From assembly GCA_000165425.1 (NCBI GenBank), contig CT868141.1:434001-498000 (forward strand): a stretch of 64,000 bases of DNA. The letters run 5' to 3'. The notes below the pieces were generated by a model. The model was not told the origin of the DNA and made no database searches. It worked only from the letters and a program-made list of their open reading frames with translations. The position numbers were made by a program, and so were the translations under genes. Below, one piece after another: positions 1-13,101 of this stretch. Each line of letters starts with the position of its first letter. Position 1 is the stretch's first letter. This stretch comes from Paramecium tetraurelia. Taxonomy: Eukaryota.

Positions 1-359
1 TCAGACAATTTTATAAACGCACTTTTATGAGGTTAAACCTTGATGAGGCTTCCAAACTTATTGATTCTATTGCAATTGATCGGAATGCTTAATCCATTAG
101 AAAAGCCCATGGCATCAAAGATCCAGTCTGGCACTACACAAGTACCTTCATCTGCTGTGAATTCCAAAACTCCAACATAAATAGACTTCTTTTCTTCAAG
201 AACAGACTATAATTTAAAGGTCATGGTTCCACAATAAACATTGCAGATCTCTAATAATATTGATGGAGGAAGAAGGATTCTATTCCCGTGATTAATAATT
301 TTTTTATTTTGAGATGATGCCGAATAAACTTCTAAGGTTCCACATTAGCATTTATTCAT
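1..359 (-). CDS. UFD1: UFD1-like ubiquitin fusion degradation protein, N-terminal part (runs off window edge)
   Basis: ATG at 359. Ciliate-code translation MNKCQCGTLEVYSASSQNKKIINHGNRILLPPSILL...TFKL...YVGVLEFTADEGTCVVPDWIF...IKVQPHKSAFIKLS matches the UFD1 motifs G.KIILPPS, GVLEFTAEEG and KLQP. Confidence 0.8.
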
Positions 360-408
360 TTTATTATATTTAATTTATATAAAACAAAATTGACTAATAA
401 TCGAAATC

Positions 409-3400
409 ATGTAAATTTGGTTGTTTGGTCTCTTATAAATTATACCTTTTGCATATTCTTAATGCACTTCAAGACAGTATGATGATGGAGTAGGTGGATG
501 TTTGGATTGTTAAATACAATGCGCAACTTGTACAACAGGTACTTCTTGCGATACTTGTACATCGGAGTATTATCAATCTGGAAGTGATTGTTTAAATTGT
601 GATCCTACTTGTAAAGAATGCTCTGGAACTTCAAATTATTGTACTAATTGTGATACATCCCAAAATTTATATTTGGATCAGGGAACAAATACATGCATCG
701 CATGTGATTCGCCTAAGTTCAAAGATGGAATAAATTGCGTGGATACATGTCCTGTTTATATCAATTTGACAGATTCCACATGTGTTGCTGCATGTGATTC
801 GAATTGTTTGACATGTGCAATTTACAGCAACTCTTGTACGACTTGCGATAGCAGCAATTATTTGGAATTAATTTCAAATCAATGTGTGACTGCTTGCGAT
901 GTTAACTGCGAAACATGTTTGACAACTTCAACAAATTGTCAAACATGTAATTCAGGCATGTACTTAGACAACATAACCAACGCGTCAGGAACTTGTAAAC
1001 AATGTAATTCTCCTTGTTCAGTTTGTTAATCTCCTTCAGACGTAGAAATTTGCACTGATTGTTAAAGCAATTTTTATCTTGATGGAGCATCGACCTGTTA
1101 AATGTGTGATTCGACTTGTTATGAATGTACAGGTTCATTAGCAACAGAATGTTCATAATGTGTGTTAGGAAAATATTTGCAAACAAGTGGAACTGATAAA
1201 ACTTGTGAAACTTGTATATCCCCTTGCGATAATTGCTCATCCGATACAATTTGTGATAGTTGTGTTTCTGAGTATTATTTGAATGGAACCACTTGTGATC
1301 CTTGTACAAGTCCTTGTTTTACTTGTGAAACAACTGATACACATTGCTTAACATGTTTACCAGGTGACAATAGAGTAATAGTTAACAATTAATGCATTTG
1401 TGATCAAAACTATTTTGATTAAAATAACGGGGATTATTTATGTCCCCCTTGTGATCCTAACTGCAAAACTTGTGTAGATTCAGCCACTAAATGCACTAGT
1501 TGCTATGACAAATTCTATTTAGATTCAAATGTATGTCAGCCCTGTCATTGGAATTGTGTAACCTGTGTTACAACAGCAACTAATTGTTTAACATGTGACG
1601 AAGTTGTGAATTTGAGGATATTCTATAATAACTAATGTTTGTGCATTAATGGCTAATACTATTCAGATTCATAATAAATATGTGCTCAGTGTGTTGATCC
1701 ATGTCAGAATTGCTTAAGTGGATAAGACTCAAATGGGGTTGATTATAATGGAACACAATGCACCTCCTGCTAAGCCATATACAATAGAAATCTAAGTGGA
1801 ACTATTTGTGTTTGTAAGTCTGGATATTTCGATGCTGGTTTCTTGGCTTGTCAACCATGTGCATCATATTGCGTATCATGTCTAACAAGTGAAACGGATT
1901 GTGATGTTTGTAAACCCAACACTTTTAGAGATACTACTAAGAAATGTCAGTGTCTCGATGGATATTTTGGAACATCCACAGTATGTCAGCCATGTACATC
2001 ACCATGTTTGAATTGTGAAATCTCAAATACTCATTGTCTATCATGTATCACCGGAGTGAATAGAGTGTTGAGTTCCAATGCTTGTATTTGTGCACCTGGG
2101 TATTACGAAACGACAACATCTCCAAAGGTTTGTCAACCATGCACTCCTCCTTGTGCCACTTGCAAATATTTCCCTGATAAATGTTTCAGTTGTATTGCTA
2201 AATATTACTAACCATCTGGTCAGTTAACATGTTTACCTTGTGATGTGCCTTGTGAGGAATGTGCCCCTAATGATGGTACAAAGTGCAAGACCTGCTTAGC
2301 CGTTTAAAATAGAGAAGTGTTAAATCAAGTATGTGTTTGCTAAATCGATTATTACCAACTTGATAATGTTAGTCCCTGTATCAAATGCATAGCTCCTTGT
2401 TATGAGTGCGAAGACAATGGAGATGGAACACAATGTGCTTCGTGTAAAGCAGGAGATAACAGAACTGTCGATACCAATAAATAATGCATATGTACTAGCA
2501 ATTACTATTCATAATTATCTTCATTCATATGTCTGGCTTGCATCAGTCCTTGCTTGGAATGTTTAGATGATGCACTTGCTCTAACAGCAGATGGAACCTA
2601 ATGTGTTACTTGTTAACCTGGACTGAATAGAATCATAGATAACATCAACAATAAATGCAATTGCCTCGATGGGTACTATGAGACAACTGGAGTTCTGACT
2701 TGTACTTAATGTTCTTCTCCATGTTACGATTGTGCTGACAATGGAACAGGTGCAGAATGTACAACTTGTCCTCCTGGAACATTCAGAATTGTTGATTTAT
2801 AAGCCTGCATCTGTTAAGATGGATATTATTAAGTAGGCACCAATCCTATTTGTAGTCCATGCAATTACACCTGTCAAAAATGCTATAATTTGGCATCTGA
2901 ATGCCATCTTTGTGATCCTCTCAAACATCGTACAGCTGTTGGCAACACCTGTATATGTCAAGATAACTATTATGATAACATGACAGATGATCAAGATTGC
3001 AAACCTTGTACAAGTCCCTGTGAGTAATGCCATATGAATACTAATGGAACAAAATGCAAAACATGTTTAGCTGGTCTTAACAGGCATTACTCCAATTATC
3101 AATGCATTTGTGATGATGGATACTTTGAATTGAATGCTACGTGTGTTAAATGTCATTCCACATGTATGACATGTAGTAATTCATATTCCTGTTTATCATG
3201 CAATACAACCTAATATGATTAAGTCACATTTAGAAATGGCTTGGCTTGTGTATGTAAATAAGGATTTGAAATGAATTCATCTGGACTATGTATACAATAA
3301 TGTCCTATTGATTGTTTAACTTGCAATGTTAATACCTGTTTAACTTGTAGTAGTAATAGAGTCTTATCAAATGGAAGGTGTGTTTGTGCTCTACCTGATA

Positions 3401-6400
3401 ATACAAGATTTTGCAGGGCTTCTTGCTCAGATATTAACTTTGGAAAATTGGCTGCATCTTTAACATCTCCAAGTTCTAATATTCTACTCTCAAAGCTAAA
3501 TTCAAACTCATTATCTCCTTCCACTATAGTTATGGATACGATTAATGATTCCTCTATTTCCTGTTCCCTTATAAGTTCGCTATAATAGGGTGTTATTTCA
3601 ACTGATAAAAATAACTATAATTCTCTATTCTTCAAACCTTAAGAAATTCAAATTGACCAAAGTCCTTTTGGCAATCAAGCCTCGTATTTTCATTTTGTTA
3701 AAGATAATATTCGATACTTACTCTTTTAAAAGGATGCATCTACCTTAAATTTAAGAATGCAATACTAATTTGCTACAGTGGCAAATAATGAAAATATTCA
3801 AAGCAATGTTGTACCTAAATCATCTCTCAATTAATAAATTGTGACAATCAATATTGATAATACATATACTGTTGTATTAGTGTTCACTTATGATATTAAT
3901 GATCCTCCAACCATCACTAGTTAGATTATGAATGAGTGCTACTAATTGAGTATTCAATTCAGTTCATCTTAACCAGTTATTTTATTAACAGAATTCTATG
4001 TAAGCAGTGCAACCTTTAGTGCTGCTACAAATGCATAATTAATAGCTGTAGCAAATTATATAGGCCAATTATATTGGTAGGGTATAGCATTCGAATGCAC
4101 ACCTCATCCTAAGAATACCAAATAAATGTTTTGGGAAAATCATCAATTTTTACTTGAAGTTATACCAACTAATTTATTGCCATTAAAAGTAACAGATGGA
4201 TCCAATTATATTTCAACAGCATTGTCTTCAAGTAAATTTAGTGGAAATAGTGCATTGATTTAATTAAATAATGTAGATGTTAATTATTAGACTACATCTA
4301 TACAATATGATAGTAGTGGATTCTCATATTTCACTGTCTAATTTCCAGAAATATTAGTCTTTGGTTTGCACATGCTATCATAATTCATATTCAATCAATT
4401 TACAATATAACATTTTATTACTAGTGGATATTAAATTAGCACATAACAACTTACATATACTAGCAATAATTACCAATTTGTAGGATATATGGTTGATATA
4501 TATGGTACAACATCTGTTAAGACTTTGATATTCGGTTACAACTAAGGACACACATTTAATGTAGTTTAAAATGCAAATAATATATTGATAACGGTGAGTG
4601 GAGCTAATGTCAAATAGATTAATTTTGCTGTTATGGCTTTTGATGATACATTAATAAATAATTCTTATCAAACCATTTTTGAATAATACATAAAATTGTT
4701 AATAAAATCAATTGAATTATCGACTAGAACACCCTTAAGATTTGTCAATCAATATTGGAAATTGAGTTCTATATCAATAACTGGGACATTTGAGGCCTTA
4801 ACTGAATAAATAGGAGGATACTTTATAAGTAAAGGAACAAATGCAATAAATACTAAATTTCCCTTTGATATTTCTCATAAGATAAGCACAGATCTTAAAT
4901 AAAATATTATCTATACTAATGGGTATTTAGTAAATGGAGACTCTGTTTTTGGTAAATTAACTAAGTACTTTACATAAGCTAATAATAAGTTTGTATTAGG
5001 GGCATAATTAAATAATATTCAGTATATTTCAATTTCAATGGCTTCAACAGATACATTTGTATCATGTTCATAATCGGAAACTTTGTATAAAGACATTTAT
5101 GCTTACATAAGTTTGTGTAAGAGGACTGAAACTTAAGTTTATTAAATATTTATCATCAATTTGAATGAATATGATGGGTCTATTGTATTATCATAAAGCA
5201 GTACTGAAGTAAAGATAAGCAATATTCAAAAAATCACATAAATATATTACTTAATGGTAGTATCTAAAAGTTCAAATAATTTAAATACTTAGGCTATTAT
5301 TTAGGATATTTATTAAGGAATCTTAAAGTCTTCTGGATATTTTGGATTTGATTTTCAGTGTTTGACCTACAACAACGATCTTTAATGTGAAACTTATAGA
5401 ACTGGATATAAGACATCAATGAGCAATGAATTTGATACAGCATAGAATTTGGTTACTGATGTTTAAAATATGAATGGCAAGAAGTGTAATTATTTTAATT
5501 TCGACAATGCTGCTACTATTCTCAAAAATAATAAAAATACTGTAAACACCCTGGTAACTACTCAAATGTTAAATTACATATAGCCAACAGTGAAGGATTA
5601 CTTTTTTTAATATGATGCTTTGGAGATTGGGAGATTGACATCATCAGCTAAGCCAAATGAATATCTGTTTGCCCCTAAGGCTGGATAACTTGAAGTATAG
5701 ATGATCACACCTACATTTTTTGGTGCTCAATCACAAATTTACTAATATATTAAGAATATGTTGTCAGTCACTTTAATTGAAACGAATATTGATCAGATTA
5801 TTATTGATAATAAGCTTGCCAATAATAATCGAGGTTAAATGAAGTCTATTTCCTACTATTTCAGTAACTACGGCGTAGTATACAATTCAATTTGTGTTAC
5901 CACTTTTGACACTTAAATCTTTCCAAATACTTTCGAATGTTTCTTAAGACCTTTGAATTCAGATTTTGATACAATTGATATGCAGTTGACTTCTCCTCTC
6001 CAAAGTCTAAAATACAAGATAAATCAGAAAAATAACATTATGTTAGTATATATACTTTTAGCCGATTTTGGACAGACCCCCACTGCAGAGACTAAGATTT
6101 AATCAATTAGTCAATAGATATACGAATAAGTTTTGAATTCAGTTTAGAATGATCAATGTAAATGTTGGGGGAGATACAGATAAAAAGAGAATAATTGTAG
6201 ATGTTAAGATGGATATTATCCACCAGCAGATACAGCATTTGGATTACTTGATTGCCAGCCTTGTGATTATAAGTGTCTGACTTGTCAGTTTTCTAAAACA
6301 TAATGTATAAGTTGTCCACTGAATTCAAATAGAGTTTTAGACCTGACTTTATTTACATGTCAATGCAAAACAGGTTATTTGGAATTAGGTGTTATTTTAT

Positions 6401-9400
6401 GTAGTCCATGCAACTATACTTGTGGAAAATGCAATGCATTACCTGAAAAATGTACTGAATGCGATATTCTGCAACATAGAACTTGGGATAGTACCAACTT
6501 TTTATGTCCTTGTAATGATGGATATTATGATGATGGAGTCAATTCTCTTTGTGCAAATTGTGATCATAGTTGTAGTAAATGTTCATAAGCAGGTAAGGTA
6601 TGTTAAGCCTGTGTATTATCTGTTTTTAGAACTCAATAACCAGATAATACATGTCCATGTGATCCTGGATATTATGATGATGGTGTTAATGCTTTATGTT
6701 AGCCATGTGATTATACTTGTTCTACATGTGTAGATACAGCAACTAAATGCACTGGATGTAAGATCAACTCACATAGATCTTTATCTAATAATGAATGCAT
6801 TTGTGATACTCATTATTTTCATGTTAATCTAACTTGGGATTGTTAACAATGTTCAATTTATTGTAATGATTGCACTGGGACAGCCAGAAATCAGTGTACT
6901 AATTGCTAAGCAATTTAGAATAGATAGTTAGTAGATACAAGTTGTGAATGCAAAATTGGATTCTTTAAGGACGCTTTAGATTCATCTACTTGTCCTCCTT
7001 GTGACTATTCATGTAGGAGTTGCAGTGTGATGAGCAATTAGTGTTTGAGTTGTGATTTGACTGCTAATAGAATATTTGATTCATTTAATAAGATTTGTAA
7101 TTGCAAGGAAGGTTACTTCGATGATGGTGTAAGTGGAGCGTGCTAGTCATGTTCATACAGATGTAAGACTTGTGTCAATAATGCTAACTAATGTTTGAGT
7201 TGTCCCTTAAATACAAATAGAAAATTTGATGCTGTTACTAACACATGTAAATGTTAGCCATCTTTCTCTGACACTGGCGTGGCTGTGTGTATGAAATGCC
7301 ATGCGAGTTGTTAGGAATGCTAAACTACAACAACCACTTGTATATCATGCAACATCAACAAAACTTTCAGAATAGACAACAGTGTCTTAAATAATACTTG
7401 TCCTTGTCAATCTGGTTATTTTGATGATGGAATGAATATGGTTTGCAAATCCTGTCATCCTTAATGTAACACTTGTTCTAGTTTCTCTGTCTGCACTTCA
7501 TGTAATACTCTCTATGGAAGAATCGATAAAAGCAATATCAATAATACATGTCCTTGTAATGATGGGTTCTTTGATGATAACATCAATAAACAATGTTAGG
7601 TTTGCAATTATAGTTGTTAAACGTGCATTGAAAAGAATACAAAATGTGTTTCATGTAATACCACTGGAACTTAGAGATCAAAGTAGCAGGATTCTTGTCC
7701 TTGCAATGTTGGGTACTTTGATGATGGATCTGTGACTTGTCAACCTTGTAATTTTAAATGTCTTACTTGCAAATAGAACAGTGTTTCATGTACTTCATGT
7801 CCACCAAGTAGACAAGGCTCAGATTGCTCATGTAAGATTGGCTATATAGAAACTGGAGTCAAAGATTGTCTTGCTTGTCAATTTAAATGTGGACTATGCA
7901 CTTTGGCTGATTTAAATACTTGTTTATCTTGCAACTTGAATAGAATCAATCCTCCCTCTTGTGATTGTGACACTAGTTATTATGAGTTAGATAACAAATG
8001 TTTGCCTTGTCCAAATTAGTGTCTCTCTTGTGATGTCACTACCACTTGTTTCACATGTAAAGGTGACAGACTCAATAATCCTATTTGCAATTGTCCAGAT
8101 GGCTATTATGAAGATGGAGTATCCTTAAATTGCTCACCCTGTTATGGATTCTGTGCCACTTGTAACATTGATAAATGCATGACTTGTTAAGGGAATAGAA
8201 TCTTAAAACCAAAATAATGTGATTGTCCTGAGAACTCTATCAGCCATCTTGACACTCCCTTTTGTTCCAATTGTCAAGTAGCTGTCATCTAAGCCTAATT
8301 CACTAGTGATTTAAGCATCATTTACATTACTTTTCCATTCAATGTACAATTTCCATCAGTCAAGAAGTTCTCTTCTTCTTAAGCTTGTTAATTGACATTC
8401 TCCACTAGTACTTATTAAGCTCTAGGATATTCACCATTATGTTCAATTACTCAAGGTAACACACTACAAATTGAATTATCCGAGGGGAGTAGTATAACTA
8501 TTGATTTCTAAATTGAATTCAAGGATGATTTTATCACTAAAACAGGATGTAGTGACGCATTAAGCAAATTTATTTTGTCTAGCTTCTCATACAATTCAGT
8601 CTAACTGAATCCTCAATTTGAACTCTCCTCATATAGTGATCAAATCACCATCTGCTAAGATATTCAAATCAATATTCTCAATAAGTAAGTGGATGGAAAG
8701 AGAGACTTCACAGAAGTTGTTTGGACAATTGTTAATATGAATCCATCAATATAATCAGTGGCTTAATATCTATCTTAACTATTAGCAGAAGCTAATTCTA
8801 AAAATTATCAATAGATTAATATTGCTGCTCTTTCACTTAGCGAATATGGAACTTACGTGATTTAACTAAAGGCAAAAAATTTCAGAGGATAAACTTTTAC
8901 TGCTCAAACAACTATATAAACTGCATCATATGAATCACCAATTATTAAATTAGATTCTAATTAATAGTTTATCTTCGGAAGATGGGAAGACTTATCATTT
9001 ACAATCTAGCTCAAACATTTATCATGCTACTCAGATAAAGTAATTGAAGTCTTTGATGCTTTAAGAGTTAATTGGACTGAAGTAGCCAAGACACCTAACG
9101 ATACAGTTAGTATTCTCAAGGAATCAGTCATCTCAGAAACAGATGGAATGACATTTTTAAACACTTTGTTGATTCCAGCCTATACAGCCGTAATTGGATC
9201 CACCTACACCTTAAGTGTGACAGTATCATTGACTAATAAACCAATCAAGACATCACTACAATTTACAATAACAATAATTAGCAGTCCTATGCAAGCCTAT
9301 ATTCAAGGTGGAACCAGAACGTAATCATTCAATGATTATGCAGTTCTGAATGGATTCTGCAGAGATCCTGATCTTGATTTTCCATGGAATAAAGATCCAG

Positions 9401-12400
9401 ATATTACTTTTAATTGGAAATGTATTAATCTAGCCACTGGTGCAAGTTGCACAGATTCAAATAAAGAACTCTTAGAATTAAATGTAACTGATGCTACCCA
9501 GACCTTTAAACCTAGAGTGTTAGATCCTTATTAACCACTTTAATTTGTTATGAAAAATACTAAGCATTCAACCATATTGATTACTTAAATTATCCTATTG
9601 GTTATTGAAAATGATTTGCCTAATATTTAAGTAAGTTACCCATCGGGATATGATAGTAGGTAAATATTGTTGCATGAAGAACTCAATTTTACATTAGATA
9701 CAACCGTTGATCCTGATTCATTAAAGTACTTTTGCTAAATTGTATATAATTACAATATTGTGGCATCATTTACATTTAAGTTCTTGTAAGTCAAGTTTCG
9801 TATTTGGGATTATTGGGAGGATACTGATCAATCAATTAATGCAATTTAAATTAAAATGGCTGCCAAGGATGTCTATCATTTCATGCCTTCAAGTACTTCA
9901 GTTAACTTATAATTGAATATACCACCTGAAAATTGTAGATTTTCTGTGACTCCATCCACTGGAACATCCATTACTGATCTATTTGTTCTATCAGTTACTA
10001 ATTGCTTTGACTTTTAGCTTCCTTTATAATATCAATTTCATATTTATTCTAGTTAGAAAACATTAGATAATGATAATTTAATAGGGGAAACAATAAATAA
10101 AAAGTCAATAACAGATAAATAATCAAGTTCTTAATTGTAATTAGTATTGCCAACACCTATAGATCTGGATAATAGTATTGCTTATGAATTAGTGCTTGTA
10201 GCAAGTATTTATGATAATAATAATGGAATGAAAAACCTAACCAAAACGGTTAAAGTTAATAGTATTTATCAAAAAATAGAAACTTCAGATTTCTAATCAA
10301 TTTTATTATAAATTAGAAGAGCACTTAAATTAAGTGACACAATTGATGAGTCAGCTCTTCCCTCATTATTTATAGGCAGTCAAGAATTATCAACTTTATA
10401 TAGTTAATTATAGCCAGAGAAAAAGGCATAAATGAAAAACATTCTTAAAGAAATTTATTCTATTTTACAATAATTTTAAGGCAAAATGACAAGCAAAGTT
10501 TTAGAAGAATCACTTTTATCATCAATCGCAGCCATTGGTAGAACTGGTATCAATTATGAAATGGATGGAGCTAATGTTGTCGATTTCTATACAATAAAGT
10601 AATAAATTAAAAAAACTGTCAAATAGTTAAATAGATAAATAAATGATTTAGATTATTATTTAAAATAAAAATAGAAATCAGGAGGATCAACATCAAAATT
10701 TGAAGATGCAATCAAAGCTTTAGATAATACACTTCTTAATAGTGGTTTTGTTACTGATACATTATTTAATGCGATCAAATCTAACTCATTTTAAGGAGCA
10801 GATGTCACGGATGCAGATGTTAATTTGCTAAAAGAATAAATTTAATAAATAAATAAATTAGTGGCAGTAGCAACTTTAAAGAGAAGTTTAGCTAATGAAA
10901 AACCTAGACAATATGCAGGTTAATAGATGGGTATGTAAGCCTATAAATCAACACCCGCTTAAATTGTTTCAGTTTTAGGTAATAAGATTACCCCCCTCTT
11001 TTTTGGAACAGAAACTTATGCAGATGAGGATATCTAAGGGTCTGGAAGCAATGATAATTTGAATTTGGAAGAGGAAGTAGATGAAATAAATTATGATGAA
11101 TATCTTTCTATGTTAAATGGAACCAACAGTACAAATAGCACTAATAGTACAAATAGCACAAATAGTACGAATAGTACAAATTCAGGAAATAAGAGAAGAC
11201 TCCTTTAATTTGTTGAATGGATTTAAAATAAAAATAATCTTCATTATTTAAGAAACTTATAATAAATAAATCCTACTACTGTAAAATAATATGAAGTTAG
11301 TATGTCTAATTATGCTACAAGTCCAAATTTGAATGATCCTAAATTTAAATCATAACTTAATGTTAATCAAACTAATGAAGTTACCAATTCATCAAATATT
11401 ACTCATGATTAATCAATAGTTAGTAACTTTGGTACAATTTAACCAAATATCACAATGACAGAAGATGGTAGTAGTACAGAAATAAAGAGCCTTGATGGTC
11501 AAACCATTAAATTATCATTTTCTGCTCCATAAAATGATAGTGCCAATTCAACTATGGAATGCTATTCTGAGGCAAAAGATACATGGGAAACTGGTACATG
11601 TAAAATAAAGAAAGATGTGGATTCTAAAGGTAATATTGCTTACGTTTGTGATTGTGTGGTAGTTAATCCCACTACAGTCATCACAAAATTGGATAGTTTT
11701 ATTTCAAACAAATTAAGTGCAGTGTTTAATGCTGACTCTTTGAACATCTTTTTATAAATTTAATTTTGGAAATATGCCATTTTCTACATTGCTATTGGAT
11801 TTACAGGTGCTTATGTTGCACTCATGGTTTTAGGATTAAGGAAGGATAATTAAGATTTTATAGAAGAAATCACCAAAGAATTGTAATTTACTGATGAAAA
11901 CATTCCAGACAACATTAAGAAGTTGAAGTAACAAATCAATAATCTAATTATTGAAGAGTAAAGCAACGAAAACTCAATTGATGCAGAAGAGGAGAATAAG
12001 ACAGTATTGAAGAAAGAAGATATGAATAAATTAGCTTTATTTACTTTAAAAGGATAAAGTGATTTGGAATTCAAAAAAGATGAAGAAGGTAATTTAATTA
12101 TTCCTGAAGAGAGAGATAGCAATATATTAAATTAGAGAGACATTCAAAGTTTATAAGTAGAACGAAATAAAGCTAAAATCAATTTTAAATAAGTTCAAGA
12201 TTAGTTATAATAACATTAACTTTATAATCCCTCAACGAATAAGCAATAAGGAAGAGCAACAGAGTTATCAAAGGTAATTAAAAATGTTTATACAATTCAC
12301 GATTTGAAATTTCAATATGGTTAAGAAATCAAACTAAAGCCTTTAACATTAAAAGTTCTTTGGGAAGGAATATTAGTAACTATTATATTTTTTAACAATA

Positions 12401-12978
12401 GACCCTTCATAGAGTATTATCAATATTAATGTTATATGATGATGTTATTAGTAGACCAGCTAGATTTGCTTTGATTTATGCCAAAACTATTTTAGTATTA
12501 GCATTATCAGCATTATTTTCTGGTAACATGGGACCTGTTTACGGTACTTTAATATCAGTTGGAATTGGTTAAGTCATCAATGTGATTCTATCCATCATTA
12601 CAGTTACAATGAAAGCATCTCCAATCCTCAAATTTTTAGGAATTTTATTAACGATTGCAATATCTGCTGTGTGCTGGTTCATTGTATTGATGCTTTCTGC
12701 CAGCATGGAAGAAACCTAAGTATTTTGATATAATATTATTATAGGCTAACATATGGGCAGTTTAATTTGCATCAACCTAAGTTATAGACCTAATCATTGT
12801 AGAGTTCCTTATTATATCGATTAAACTTTCCATATACCCTTGGGCAATCAAAGCATTACATGATCCTGACGCGAATGCTTCTAAAATTCTTGCTAATTTA
12901 CTGTTTATTGCAGTTGCTTAACCATAAATTTCAAAGTTCTTTGAGGTGGAGGATAAGAAAGACAACTTTGAAGCTTGA
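409..12978 (+). CDS. Giant cysteine-rich polycystin-1/REJ-like multi-pass surface protein, copy A (~4172 aa)
   Basis: ATG409 opens MQIWLFGLLQIIPFAYSQC (signal peptide). One frame continues (TAA/TAG=Q) to introns 12376-12401 (26 nt) and 12720-12744 (25 nt), with TGA at 12976-12978; the spliced length of 12519 nt is divisible by 3. CxxC repeats ~460-3430 and ~6150-8280. REJ-like motifs AYIQGG...RDPD...FNWKC (~9295-9423) and NIPP...VTPSTG...PLQYQF (~9916-10040). GPS-like C..W....C...CDC (~11560-11680). TM helices from 11764 on. Confidence 0.85.
11116..11208 (+). repeat. Coding 9-bp microsatellite NGT(NST)6 followed by KRRLLQ in copy A
   Basis: aat gga acc aac agt aca aat agc act aat agt aca aat agc aca aat agt acg aat agt aca aat tca gga aat aag aga aga ctc ctt taa. 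Confidence 0.95.
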
Positions 12979-13101
12979 ACTTATAATCATCAAATTATTA
13001 TTATTATTAAAATTCTATTTGATATTATTTATTTAATCGAAATTAGTTGAGATGAAAAACAACCACTAGATATACTTAATATTGATATGATGAAAACAAA
13101 C

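Noticed and set aside
673..11757. Many short Cys-rich ORFs treated as separate genes
   Set aside because: They are fragments of one reading frame broken only by TAA/TAG (Gln).
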